Origin: Sphyrna mokarran
Lineage: Eukaryota
Reading direction: 5' to 3'
Assembly: GCA_024679065.1 (NCBI GenBank)
Contig: JAGIQG010000023.1
Location: forward strand, 10,540,001 to 10,604,000
DNA length: 64,000 nt
A program made the translations under genes and the position numbers. Under the pieces are notes generated by a model. That model was not told the DNA's origin. It ran no database searches and worked only from the letters and a program-made list of their open reading frames with translations. This document shows, in pieces, positions 1 to 12,436 of this stretch. Position 1 is the stretch's first letter. Each line of letters opens with the position of its first letter.

Positions 1-900
1 GATTATCTATATCTCTTTGCAAACTTTCAGCATCCGCTGCACACTTTGCTCTGCCACCCCACCTCAGTGTTACCTGCGAATTCTGACACACTACACTTGG
101 TCCCCAATTCCAAATTATCCATGTAAATCATAAACAATTGCGGCCCCAACACTGATCCCTGAACACACCACTAGTCACTGATACCAACCAGAAAAACACC
201 CATTTACCCCCACTCTTTGCTTTCTGTTAGTTAACCAATCTTCTATCCATGCTAGTACATTACCTGAAACACCGTGCACCTTTATCTTATGCAGCAGTCT
301 TTGGTGCAGCACCTTGTCAAATGCTTTCTGGAAATCCAGATATACCACATCCACAGGTTCCTTATTGTCCACTGCACATATAATGTTCTCAAAGAATTCC
401 ATCAAATTAGTCAAACATGTTCTTCCCTTCATGAACCCATGCTGTGTCTTACCAATGGGACAAATTTATATCCAGATGTCTTACTATTTCTCTTTTGATG
501 ATAAATTCAAGTATTTTCCCTACTACAGAAGTTAAACTAAACAATCCATAGCTACCCGCCTTTTATCTACGTCCTTTTTTAAACAGTGGCATCATATTTG
601 CTATTTTCCAATCTGTGGGAACCACCCCAGAATCCAGAGAATTTTGCTAAATTGCCACGAATGTACTTGTTACTTCTGCCGCCATCTCTTTCAGCACCCT
701 GAGATGCATTCCATCAGGACCAGGAGACTTGTCTAACTTTAGCCCTATTAACTTGCCCAACACTAACTCTTGCGTGATAATGAAAGGTTCTAGATTCTCT
801 GCTGCCATAGCCTTCCTGTCATCAATTTTTGGCATGTTATTTAAGTCTTCCACTCTAAAGACCAACACAAAATATCTGTTCAATGCCTCAGCCATTTTCT
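1..900 (-). mobile_element. Degenerate CR1 LINE ORF2 (RT) fragment, part of the block duplicated at 22285-23855
   Basis: ORFs 175..432 (GRTCLTNLMEFFE...VVYLDFQKAFDKV) and 647..895 (KSPGPDGMH) carry CR1 RT motifs; broken by stops and frameshifts. Confidence 0.9.
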
Positions 901-1289
901 CTTCTCATTTCCAGTCTTTACATTCCCCTTCTCATCCTCTAAACGTTCATGGTCATCATTGGATTATAATTACAGTTTTTTTTATTCAATTTAAATTCTG
1001 CCATTTGCTGTGGTGGGATTCGATCATGGGTCCCCGCCAGAATATTAGCTGAGTTACTGGATTAATAGTCTCATGATAATGCCATTGGCCATTGCATCCC
1101 CTAAACTGGAAGTAGCTGGCTGTATTAGTGAGGTTGCTGCCATTGCCAATGACATGTGGCCTCAGGAATACATTGGGTGACCCTCTTGTCACCTCCCACT
1201 ATCATTGCCCAAGTCTTCCTGCCTCCCAGTCCACCACATATACAAAGTACTTTCAATAATAAAATGTTCAACAAATTCCTCTCTTTTAG

Positions 1290-1413
1290 ATCAACCACAA
1301 AGTTCAACAATAAGCACAACAAGAAGTACCAACGCTTTTGTCAATACAATAGGAAAAACCAAAGATTCTGTTACCACATCCTTCATCATTTCAACCATCA
1401 ATGATTTTGACAT
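1290..1413 (+). CDS. Gene A (CD300/pIgR-like, activating type): Ser/Thr-rich stalk exon, phase 1-2
   Basis: ttcctctcttttag acceptor, at|gtaagt donor; encodes (D)QPQSSTISTTRSTNAFVNTIGKTKDSVTTSFIISTINDFD; paralog of 23577-23712, 12 nt shorter. Confidence 0.85.
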
Positions 1414-1577
1414 GTAAGTGCTGCAAAAACTGAATTCAACATATGTATACATACTCTCTGTGATGGTTCACAGAACATTGTTAAGGAGAAGTCCTACTCA
1501 ACTGGCTGCAAACTAGTGCCTCATGCTTCAATCAATGTTAGTTGTCAATATTGAGACTCGGTATATGTATACACACT

Positions 1578-1895
1578 AGAATCATAGAATCCCTATGGTA
1601 CAGAAGGAGGCCATTCTGCCCATTGAGTCAGCACTGACAAAACTTCCCAGGCCCTGTCCCCATAACCCCACATATTTACTCTGATAATCTTCCTAATACT
1701 AAAGGGGAATTTAGCACATCCAATCCATCTAACCTACACATCTTTGGGCTGTGGGCAGAAACAGAGCACCCAGAGGAAACCCACTCAGACCCAGACAGAA
1801 TATGCAAATTCCACACAGACGGTTCAATTCTATGGGCTGGAATTGAACCTAGTCCCTGGTGCTATGAGGCAGCGGTGCAAGCAACTGTGTCACAA
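1578..1895 (-). mobile_element. tRNA-derived V-SINE (HE1-like)
   Basis: Reverse complement of the V-domain core (gggtttcctc...gctc...ttc..cccacag) and CR1-type tail (tagaatcatagaatccct). Confidence 0.8.
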
Positions 1896-2259
1896 ACATG
1901 CACATGCCTTCTTGAATCATTGATGTCCATGTAGTGCAGGTACACCCACAATATTATTAGGGAAGGAGCTTCAGGAATTTGACCCAATGATCTTCAAGGT
2001 ACAGTGATATATTTCCAAGTCAGGGTGGTGAACAGCTTGGAGGGCAATCTCCAGGTGGTTCTACTGTTCTTATCCTTCTACACAGTGGAATTCATGAGAT
2101 TGGAATATGCTGCCAATGAGTTTTGCTGAGAACTTGCTGAGCGTCTTGAAGATGATACACACTGCTGCCTGCTCCTCGGGGGTGGAGGAAGAAAACATTT
2201 TCAGAAGGGACAGTAATTATGCAAGCTGAATTATTCTGGACAGTAGAAAGTAGAAAGCC

Positions 2260-3130
2260 CTTGATGTTCTGCTAAGCTATGTCCAAACCCAAGATCAAGC
2301 TATCCAACTCCCTATCATTCTGGTGTATTCCATGTGTCTATCCAATAACTGCTTGAAAGTTTCTAAAGTGTCTGACTCCACTATCACAGCAGTCAGTGCA
2401 TTTCACACCCCAACCACTCTCTGAGTAAAGAATCTACCTGGGAAATCCCTCCTATATCTCCCACCATGAACCTTATAGTTATGCCCCCCAGTAATAGCTA
2501 CATTCACCCGAGGAAATAATCTCTGCATGTCCATTCTATCTATCCCCCTCATTATCTTATAAACCTCTATTATGTCACCTCTCATCTTCTTCTGCTGTAA
2601 AAAGCCCCAATTCCCTCAACCTCTCCTGATGAGACTTACCCTCCAAACCAGGCAGCATCCTGGTTAATCTCTTCTGCACTCTCTCCAATGCTTCCACATC
2701 CTTCTTATAATAAGGTGATGAGAATGGCACACATAATCGAAATGTGGTCTCACCAAAGTCTGGTATAGTTGCAACATAACCCCACGGCTTGTAAACTTAA
2801 ACCTGTTAATAAACTTAAACCTGTTAATAAATTCTAACACACTATAAGCCTTCTTCACAGCTCTATCCACTTGAGTGGCAATCTTCAGAGATCTGTGGAT
2901 ATGAACCCCAAGATCTCCCTGTTCTTCCACATTCCTCAGAACCTTGCTGTTGAACATGTAATCTGCATTCAAGTTTGTCCTAACACAATGAATCACCTCG
3001 CACTTATCAGGGTTAAACTCCATCTGCCACTTTTCTGCCCAGCTCTGCATGCTATCAATGTCTCTTTGCAGCCTACAGGAGCCCTTCACTTCATCCACTA
3101 CTCCACCAATCTTGATGATCATCAGCAAAT
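2260..3130 (-). mobile_element. CR1 LINE 3' fragment
   Basis: ORFs 2664..3128 (WQMEFNPDKCEV...QTLVRPH) and 2403..2585 (RGDIIEVYKIM...FFTQRVV). Confidence 0.9.
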
Positions 3131-3139
3131 CAACCCACC

Positions 3140-3870
3140 CTTCAGCATGGTGTCAAGCTTCTTGAGTATTCTTGGAACTGCAATCATTCAGGCAAATGGG
3201 GACAATTCCATCACACCATTCACTTGTGCCTCATCAATGATGGATAGGCTTTGAGGAGTCAAGAAGTGAGTTACTTGCTGCAGGATTGCTACCCTCTGAC
3301 CTGCTCATGTAGCCATTGTATTTATATGGCTTGTCGAATTCAGCTTCACATCAATGGTAACCATTCGAATGTTGAAAATGGGGTATTCAAAAATGATAAT
3401 GTCATTGAATGTCAAGCAACAATCATAAGTTTTTGGGATGGTGATTGCCTAGCACTTGTGTGGCATGAATGTTATTTGCCACTTGTCAGCCAAGCTGGAT
3501 ATTGTTCAGGTCTTGCTGCATTTGGACATAGACTGCTTCAGTACCTGAGGCGTCGCGAATAGCACTGAACATTGTACAATCATCAGTGAACATCCCCACT
3601 TCTGACCTTATGATGGAAGGAAGGTTATTGATGAAGCAGCTGAAGAAGGTTGGACCGAGGACACTTCCCTGAGGGACTCCTCTATGGATGTCCTGCAGCT
3701 GAGATGATTGACCTCCAACAATCACAACACCTATGTGCCAGATGTGAATCCAACCAACAGAGGGATTTCCCCCTCATTTCCATTGACTCCCGTTTTGCTC
3801 AGGCTCCTTGATGCCACACCCAGTCAAATGTTGCCTTGATGTCAAAGGCAGTCATTCTCTCCTCACTCCC
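3140..3870 (-). mobile_element. Degenerate CR1/L2-clade RT fragment
   Basis: ORF 3486..3725 GVPQGSVLGPT...MFTDDC. Confidence 0.8.
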
Positions 3871-3986
3871 ATTTGCAGAAAACCAGTCTGATTTTACCAG
3901 TATTTATGGGCAGCTCAAAACCTCCTTGATATGAGTGTTTGTTGGAAAGTCATCTGTTTCTTGCACAATTCCCGGTACATTCAGAA

Positions 3987-4954
3987 TGGTATGTTAGCCT
4001 TCATAGGAAGGGGTATAGAATACAAGAGTGGAAGTCTGATGTTGCAAGTGTATAGAACGTTGGTTAGACCTCACTTGGAGTACTGCGTCTAGTTCTGGTC
4101 ACCGTACTACCGGAAGGATGTGGAGGCCCTGGAGAGAGTGCAGAGGAGATTTACCAGGATGCTGCCTGGTATGGAAGGTCTGTCTTACGAGGAAAGATTG
4201 AACGCACTGGGGTTGTTTTCCCTTGAAAGACGTCAGCTGAGAGGGGATCTATTAGAGGTATATAAGATTATGAGGGGTATAGATAGAGTAAATGGTGGTA
4301 AGCTTTTTCCACCATTAGAAATGGATAGAACGCGGCGTCACAGCCTTAGGGTGAGGGGGGCTATGTATAAGACGAATATTAGAGGGCAGTTTTTCACACA
4401 AAGGGTAGTGGGGATGTGGAATGCACTACCGAGTAAGGTGGTGGGAGCAGGCACGCTAAGGTTGTTTAAGGATCTCTTGGACAGCCATATGAGCAGTCTG
4501 CAGATAGAGGGATATAGCAGGACTGTCTAAATATCTTATTTGTTTCCACAGGATATTAGGTCCGCCTTGTTGACCAACAAGGGCATGCATTCGGCAGGTC
4601 GTGCGAGAGCTGCTCTTGGATGTTGCTTCAGGAGTGGCCTAGTGCTTCACGTCGTTAGTGTATGCTTAAACTGGACCATCTGATGGGCACCATGACAGCT
4701 CAGGGATTATCGCTGTTGCTGTGCAGACACTTGGATTTGGGCCTGTGTCTGTGGGAGTTTGCGCGTTCTCCCCGTGGTTGCGTGGGTTTTCTCCGGGTGC
4801 TCTGGTTTCCTCCCACATCCCAAAAATGTGCTCTTAGGCTGATAGGGACCAATTTGTTACCCAATATGTCATTAAGACGTTAGGACGGCGGCGCGGGCTC
4901 GTTGGGCCGAAGGGCCTGTTTCCCGTGCTGTGTTGTTCTTTGTTTGTTCTTTGT
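3987..4954 (+). mobile_element. CR1 LINE 3' end with a V-SINE core embedded in the 3' UTR
   Basis: ORF 4120..4530 nearly identical to the C-terminus of 60071..62587; 3' UTR contains V-domain (about 4745-4830) then gggccgaagggcctgtttcc stem and (ttctttg) tail. Confidence 0.9.
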
Positions 4955-5065
4955 AATCACATTCCTAGGGAGGCTAAAAGTTTCATGCATGTATGTGATT
5001 GAAATCCTCAACATGGGGTTTAAGCATTTTTCCACTGGATTAATTATAATTTCTTGTTTAATCAG

Positions 5066-5181
5066 AGAGGATGAGCTGAAGATTCTCGGTTTCTGGGCAA
5101 TATTCCGCTGGCTGCTCTTTGCTGCTCTGCCTGTTTGCACCGTGTCAGTCACATATTACATACGTTTTACAAGTGAACCAG
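5066..5181 (+). CDS. Gene A transmembrane exon with charged Arg
   Basis: ttcttgtttaatcag acceptor in phase 2 matching the stalk exon; encodes EDELKILGFWAIFRWLLFAALPVCTVSVTYYIRFTSEP; donor cag|gtataa at 5182, or read-through to stop at 5195. Confidence 0.75.
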
Positions 5182-6862
5182 GTATAATTCTTTAAATCTC
5201 ACGATTCTAATATTCAAAATTATTTCATTCACTTGAAAAGCTCAAGCACTTTGAATGTTGCCTAAAAGAAGGCAGTTAATGCAAAACACTCACTGCGTTT
5301 ATAACAAATTAACTACAGAACACAATGACACCATTAAGTTATGGGCTGAATTAGAATGTCCAGTAACTCTCTATGATCAGTATACATTGTCGACAAGTGA
5401 CGTACATTGTGACACGAGTCTCCTTTAAGAAATGGCCGCTGGATGCTGCTTTTAGTTTTGAAGGTGTATGGACGTAACAGCTTTCTTCCTATGGCCATCA
5501 GGTTTTGAATGGACCTACCTTCCATTAAGTTGATCTTTCTCTACATCCCAGCAACAACTACAACACTACATTCTGCACTCTCCTGTTTCCTTCTCAATGA
5601 ATGGTATGCTTTGTCCGTCCAGAGTGCAAGAAACAATACTTTTCACTGTATACTAATACGTGTGATAATGATAAATCAAATCTTTGATGAAGTCGATGTT
5701 TAATTTGAAGTGGAGATTTTGTAAAGCAAAGAGTTTTTCAGCAGCCTGAGAGATTTCTGGCAGTTGAAGTTCTTGCAGATTTGTGGTGGGGTGGGGTGGG
5801 AGGGGGTGGGAAGCGGTTCATTCTCATCTCCCACTTTCAATCTATTGCTGTTTATTACTTAGCTCCATCAATGTTGGCCTTGTCTTCAGCTGTCTCAGCT
5901 CTGGATTTCTCTCTGACATCTGCGAACCCTTATTACGTTAATGGTGCTCTGTAAATACTCGATCAGTGGAAGTCAAGCAGCAAAGATTTTGGGGAGAAAT
6001 TGTTAACATGCTGTCCTTGGACATACCTCAGACTAGCTTTGCACTCTGATGCCTCTCGGGACATCAGCCTAATTGCCTGATTGGTTTAGTGAAGAGTTCT
6101 AATTAACAGGAACCTTCAGTTAAACACAAGTTCTCTACTCCATCCTATTGCCAAATCTCTTTGGCACCAATAGATTTGGTTTGTAGCAACATGAAGACTA
6201 TGGGGGGTGTGGGGGGGAGCGATCTTGAGCCCGCACTCTCTGAAATGCCAACAGAATCACAATCTGTGATTTGCACTGGCGATCTAATCAGTCTCATGCT
6301 CAAAATGGGCCAGGGGTACGACCCATGGGGGAGGAGAGCAAATATGGGGAATGGTGGGAGTTCCGTGAAGATCAGTGGAGATTGGTGAGATGCTGCCAAT
6401 GATGCAGGGGAACGCTGCTGATGTCTGTGTGATGGTGGGGGCCCTGGAGACCTCGATGGTGGGGAGAAGGTGGAAGTTATATTTGAGAGGATACCCCAAT
6501 CTCAGTGCAACCAATTTTGCCGGTGTGTTTAGGCTCCACCCCTCAACATAAAGCACTGGGCCTGGACCCCTCTTCCCCCACTCCACCTCCCACTCTCTGA
6601 AGCGTCCAGGCTCCAGTGTCAGGAACAGTCTGCATCCCTCCCCTGATCCCCGGCTGGAGGGAACGATGCAGCATTCCTGTCCATTCCAGCAGCACTAAAC
6701 CGTTGCCTGAAAGTTCATCACGTACCAGAATGTGACATTATACTTCATCAATGGGAACTGCAAGGAATATTTCTGATATGGTGTTTCAGGCACCAATATT
6801 GTGAAACTTTGCGCAACAATCTCAGGCTTTGTCATCCATTAACTTCTGTGGTCCCTTTCAAG

Positions 6863-6897
6863 AGACAGAATCTCTGCCAATCACACCAGAGACATAA
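6863..6897 (+). CDS. Candidate terminal exon of gene A (short tail ETESLPITPET*)
   Basis: gtccctttcaag acceptor, phase 1 compatible with the 5181 donor; followed by non-repetitive UTR-like sequence with ATTAAA at 7499 and 7536. Confidence 0.4.
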
Positions 6898-8021
6898 CAA
6901 TGAACAGGAAGTTCAAAAGCACTAAAGAAGGAACTGCTCCAACAGTAAACCACAATCTAAAATTCATGCCTGCATTTAAATACAGACCTGAAATAGTGGA
7001 TAAGAGACAGCTCCAACACTACTCCTGGATCAGACATGGTTGCATTATACAGGCTGGCACTCAAGATGTGCCCCAATGCCATTAGCACCATATGGCGAAT
7101 AGAAAGCTCCAGGAGAGTTGAACACTTACGAGGGTTAGAGGTTATGAGAGAGAAATCCCGCCACTTGGACTAGAATATCCCCACCAACCATCTCACCTGC
7201 GCATTTTTGGCCAGCGAAGTACAATTGAAATTTCAATTTATTCATTTGCTACGGTTCAGTTGTTAAAATTCATTCCTTATTCAGTTCTCCAGGCCAACAA
7301 GTGATGGGTTACATCGAAACAGCAACCATAGTCCAAATGGATCCAAGCTTCATTCAAAGGCTGGTCAGAGGATTCATTAAACTTGAGCTGAACGTCCGGA
7401 ATATTTGCTTTGAGAAGTTACTTTTCGACATTATGGAATTTTATACTTTGGAATACCTTATAAAATTCCCAGAAATTGTGTGAAATACTTCATTTATTAT
7501 TAAAGAAGACAATAAGCACTATTAATATTGTTTATATTAAAGAGCAGTTTGTTTCTGTAATTGTCGCAAATGATTCACCAAAATAAGCAGCTCCATGAAG
7601 TGGCAGCATGGCACCACGTTGGCACAGTGGTTAGCACTGCTGCCTCACAGTGCCAGGGACCCGGGTTCGCTTGCTGGCTCAGTATTCTTCATTATTCCAT
7701 ATGGTGCTTAGTTCTATCCACTGAATAATTATTCAGGAAATCTGCCCAATACTGATGTTTGATTTGTAATTGCTGGGGATTATCTTTACGATCCTTTTTG
7801 AAGAAGCAAGTGACATTTGTAATTCTCCAGTCCTCTGGCACCTCCCCTCAGTCTAGAGGAGCTTGGAAGATTATATCCAATGTCCCTGCAATTTCCACTC
7901 TCACTTCTTTCAATATCCTTGGACATATCACACTCAGTCCCAGTGCTTTATCATTGAAATAATCTGGCCGAGGCCGGTATTCCATCTCTCTGTGTTTACA
8001 GTGGTAATTGAGTGCCACTGC

Positions 8022-8484
8022 AGCCATGCCATCTTTGCACTGCTGCCTTACAGCACCAGTAAAACGGGTTCCATTCCCGACTTGGGGCACTGTCCGTGTG
8101 GAGTCTGCATGTTTCCCCATGTCTGCGTGGGTTTCCTCCGGGTGCTCTGTTTCCTTCCTGCAGATCATCGCTAGATCTCCTCATGACCTCATTGAGTATG
8201 AGATCTCCGATTATGTGAGTAGAGGCTCACCCAATAGGGAAGGAGCAGTGGGGTGTAGAAAACCGACTGGATCCACTCTGATCATCAGTGAATAGACTCG
8301 GGACTGATCTGCATTCTGCAGCCATTGATTTTGGACTGTGGGAGAGTAACAGAGCACCCGGAGGAAACCCACGCAGACGTAGGGAAACATGCAGACTTCA
8401 CACAGACAATGACACAAGTTGGGAATGGAACCCATTTTACTGGCGCTGTGAGTAAAATGCCAGCGGTGTAAAGATGGCATGGCT
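8022..8484. repeat. Inverted pair of V-SINE fragments (8022-8163 + and 8336-8484 -)
   Basis: agccatgccatctttgcactgctg... is the reverse complement of ...cagcggtgtaaagatggcatggct; SINE bodies face each other. Confidence 0.8.
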
Positions 8485-8584
8485 AATGTACAATATCTGC
8501 ACAGAAAGAATTCACCCACCAGAAACACTCAATACAATGGAATTAATTGTTCTCTTGATTCTGATGTCTGTGATAATTCTCTAA
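8472..8584 (+). pseudogene. Orphan copy of the gene B 5' UTR/leader exon
   Basis: Aligns to 12027-12125; ATG at 8537 gives MELIVLLILMSV then IIL*; no gtaagt donor. Confidence 0.8.
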
Positions 8585-8836
8585 CCCCCAGGATAGGCTT
8601 CTGTTTCATGGGATTCCTTAGATTGTTGCCTCCTTGATGGTTCTTGCCTTGTTTTCCACCAGATGAAGGCCCTTTGTCATCTTCCCAATAGCCTGGATAA
8701 TTATTCCTATATTCCTCTGGGATCCCAACTGTATCATAACTGCACTTTGGATCCAATTTTACCACTGCGTTGCGCCTGTTTTTGGGTGCAAAGATTTGAT
8801 AAATTCAGGTGTGAGGCAAATAGCGTGATCCACATA

Positions 8837-9200
8837 AAGAACAAAGAACAAAGAACAAAACAGCACGGGAAACAGGCCCTTCGGCCAACGAGTCCACGCC
8901 GTCACTCCGATGTTCCCACTCCTACCCATGATCTCTGTCTATGTTTATAGATCTATGCATTGGAACCAAATTTGCAATACAATTTAGGAAGAATTTGTTC
9001 TGCCAATCAGCCTAAGAGCACATCTTTGGGAAACCGGAGCACCTGGAGAAAACCCATGCAAGCACGGGGAGAATGCACAAACTCCCACAGACACAGGCCC
9101 AAATCCATGTATCTGCACAGCACAGCAATAGTCACTGAGCTGTTGTGTTGCCCATCAAATGGTCCAGTTCAAGCGTACACTAACGACGTGAAGCACTAGG
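8837..9200 (-). mobile_element. 3' UTR fragment of the CR1/V-SINE chimeric family
   Basis: Reverse complement matches 4636-4950, including the unique agtgcttcacgtcgttagtg segment, V-domain and tail. Confidence 0.8.
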
Positions 9201-9289
9201 ATAGTCTCAAAAAATCCAAGAGCAGCCCTCTCACAACCCATCGCGTGTATGCCCCTGATCAGGACCGAAGTACCTGCAGGATAAAACAC

Positions 9290-11512
9290 ATCCGTGCTGA
9301 TTCCTCCTCTACCAAGGCCCAAAAATGGCCGCATTTGTATGCATTTAAATTGTATTAATGGGCTACCCGTCCATCTTTACCAGCACTTCCCCCTTTACCA
9401 CAGCACTCGCCAATCAAGAAACAGTGTAAGACGGACGTGCTCAATATAAGTCCGCTTCATCAGTGAGGGTTGGGGAAGAGGTAAGTGCATGGCATCCAAG
9501 GCTCTCTTTTGTTATGACCATTTTCTGTCTTGGGTCAGTGGCTGCTTTGCGAGTGTGTTGGGGCGTGGGGAGGCTGTTTCTCTGCAGGGTCTCCAATGTT
9601 TGTCTTGCAGAATGGACCTGGGCCTCAGCACTGACCTTGGGTCTTGTGGTGCTGCTGGGTCCTAGTGCACTCAGCTGATTTCCAGCTGAAGGATGTGCAC
9701 AAAGCCCTTGCAAACTGCACTCCTGCAGCCTCTCAACTTTACCAGGAGCTGTGATTACGGGGAGCATGTGGCTGGGGGAATTGGGGGACTGTGATTTTGG
9801 GGAGCAAGTGGCTGGGGAAATTTCGGGGGTGGGGGCAGGGAGGTCTGTGATTGTGAGGAAAATGTGGCTGGAGGAATCGGGGGGGAGGGGGCGGGCAGGG
9901 AGTCCCATGATTGTGAGGCGCACGTGGTTGGGGGAATTGGGGGGCTGTGATTGTGGGTAGCATATGGCTAGGGAAATTGCGAGGGAGGGGGCGCAGGGAA
10001 GTCCGTGATTGTGGGGAGAATGCGCCTCAAGGAATTGAGAGGGGGCCAGGGAGGTCTGTAATTGTGGGGGCTGCAATTTTGGGGAGCACGTGGGTCGGGA
10101 ATTGTGAGATAGGAGGGCTGTGACTGTGGATGTGCTAGGAGTATCCAGCATTGCATAACCTACACATTTGTTCCTCTCCACCTTCCCATCCTGCACTGCT
10201 CCCACCACATCCCACCATCACCATCTCCACCACTGCCCCCACCCACCCCCTGCCCCCCGCCCTCCCTGCAACCTCCCTCCCGCTTCAGAATGACGAGATG
10301 GCTTTTACAAAGCAACCAATAGATCTCGCTGTTCTTTTGGTTGCTGCTGGCAGCTGGACTCACACCCATGTCGTGGGTAAGGGATCTAAAATCTTCAGAC
10401 AGGGCTCTGAAGCAAGTGGGATGAGGGACTGGAGGGAATCGCTCATGGGGTCTGCGAAAACAATGGCTTCCTTTCCTCAGGGACAGAGTATTGAGGGGCC
10501 TCCCCAACTAATGGATGCATGAGGCATCCATCGGGTGATCATCAATGGGGCAGGAATCATAATCGAGACAAATCAGTCGCAGGTGGATGTTGAAAAAAAA
10601 ACATTTATTTACAATTAAGGTGTTTAGATAAGCCATTGTGACAGAAAAGCTTGTGAACAGGAAATGCTCAGGTGCTTCCATTTCTTTCTCACTAGTGCAG
10701 TTCTTCGCCTGTGTCATCTCAGTGTAACTATTTCCTAACTTTACCTGGCCTACCACTACATCTCAGTGACTCCCCAGAATGTACAGCACAGGTGGAGGAG
10801 GCCAACTCGCCCCGTCGCCTGTGATGCGTGTGGAGGAGCTCCTCAGCAGGCCCTGGACCTTGAGGGCCTGGCCGGTTTCCAGGTGTCTGGGATGTTTTAT
10901 GATATCCCCTTCACCCCATTGCTCCTGAGATGCCCCAGTGTCTGGAACGAGGCGAGTTAGAACTTGTTGCCACAGACACAGGCTCCTGGCTTATAGGTCC
11001 TGGCATAGACTTGAGCTCTTCCTCCTCCTTTGGGGTTCATGTTGGCCTCTGGATCGTTTCACGGGAGAGTTGTGCTTCTGCAGTGATCTCCAGGAGTTCT
11101 GGCATTACTTGGAGTCCTGGAGGACCACCTGCGTCCTATCTACGGTGATCAACCTCTCTGTGATTGCCCACTTGAGTCTGGGGCCATCTCTCAATGGCCA
11201 CTGCAAGTGAGACTGGGACACACTCTGCAAGCCCTCAGCCGTGGCCCTCTCAGACTGGGCCACCATCTCAAGGATTGCTGCCACAGCTCACTGTGCCTCC
11301 ATGCTGTCCCACGGGAGCTCTTGAACCTCTCAGCCATGGGCCGCAGAATCTTGAGAAGCCTGTTCGGTCCCTCAGCTGTGGTCCGTGTGACTCGGCCATC
11401 GCTTGAACCCTGCCAGCCAGAGTGAGGATCCTTTGCCCCAGGCTTTCCACCGTGATCTGCATCTGAATTACACCCAGATTCAGCACTTAGAATCAAAACG
11501 CTAAAATTGCCC
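9290..11512. mobile_element. Degenerate Harbinger-like DNA transposon remnant (tentative)
   Basis: GC-rich interior, atttgtatgcatttaaat motif and ...aaaattgccc end shared with 31055-31852; no intact transposase seen. Confidence 0.35.
9748..10130. repeat. G-rich minisatellite, about 45-50 bp unit
   Basis: About eight diverged copies of ctgtgattgtggggagcatgtggctggggaattg(g)n. Confidence 0.85.
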
Positions 11513-11949
11513 ACAATGTCTTCCTTGCCTTAAGAAAATCAAAATTTCTATCTCATCTTCTAAACAATCTTCACAGACTACAAGGGGTTTCTTCTGGGAG
11601 ATGAGGTGGTGGTGGACAGTGATTCAGGGGCAATTTTGATTAGACGGTTATTTTGTTGCTATGGAGAAAAACTTCCTTAGTTTCCGTTGTCAGGGTGATT
11701 GATGAAAATAGAAGTTTTGGTCAACGTGTGGGTAAAACTGTCAAAGTGTTAATGTGTAAGGAGTGTATAAAATTGGATTGCACAGGAACACTGGGATGGT
11801 CCAGTCCTACTGAATGGGCATGGACTTTCTCCTGGCCCTCCACATCCCCCGGGACAGGACCCTGCACAGCGGGACTGGAAAACAACACAGTGGAATTGAG
11901 GAGCCTGGATGCAGATTCTTCAGTTGACCCCCAACCACATCTGCATTGT

Positions 11950-12012
11950 AAAAGAGGAACTGGTTGATGTGACAGAAATATAAAGAAGGAAATGACATAC
12001 AGAACTGAGGAA
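11950..12012 (+). promoter_or_regulatory. Putative gene B promoter (PU.1/ETS boxes and TATA)
   Basis: aaaagaggaactg at 11950-11962, TATAAA at 11979-11984, GGAA at 11988 and GAGGAA at 12007, 80-140 bp upstream of the ATG. Confidence 0.55.
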
Positions 12013-12091
12013 ACTACTCGAGTGAGAGATAGCACGGCTGAAGTACAATATCTGGACAGAGAGAATTCACTCACCAGGAACACTCAGGGCA

Positions 12092-12131
12092 ATGGAGTTA
12101 ATCGCTCTCTTGATTCTAATGTCTGCATCAA
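12092..12131 (+). CDS. Gene B exon 1: signal peptide
   Basis: gcaATGg start, MELIALLILMSAS, a|gtaagt donor, phase 1. Confidence 0.85.
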
Positions 12132-12436
12132 GTAAGTCCATTAAATTTTTTTAATTGATTTTTAGTATTCATAAAAGGTATTTTTGACTATCTCAAATCC
12201 TGAAGACCAGAAGGAGCAACTCACTCAGGCACCAGTTGGTGTCAGCTAAAGTTGAAGCACTCACAGTTTTGCAGACTGTGGCTGTTATTGTGAAAGCCAT
12301 CCGCTGCTCCAGTATCTTCAGAAAATGGTGGTGTAGGGCTAACGTTTTGAGCTAGTAATCCGGCTAATGTTCTGGGAACTTGGGTTCAAATCCCACTGTC
12401 ACAGCTGGTAGGATTTAAAATTCAATTAAGTTATTT

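Larger units (their letters stand above)
1..1556 (+). repeat. Segmental duplication, copy 1 (partner 22285-23855)
   Basis: Colinear high identity from gattatctat (1 / 22285) to ttgaga (1556 / 23855), including the CR1 fragment, the stalk exon and its donor. Confidence 0.95.

Noticed and set aside
9441-10208. 255-aa Pro-rich ORF on -
   Set aside because: Produced by the G-rich minisatellite; no domain or splice support
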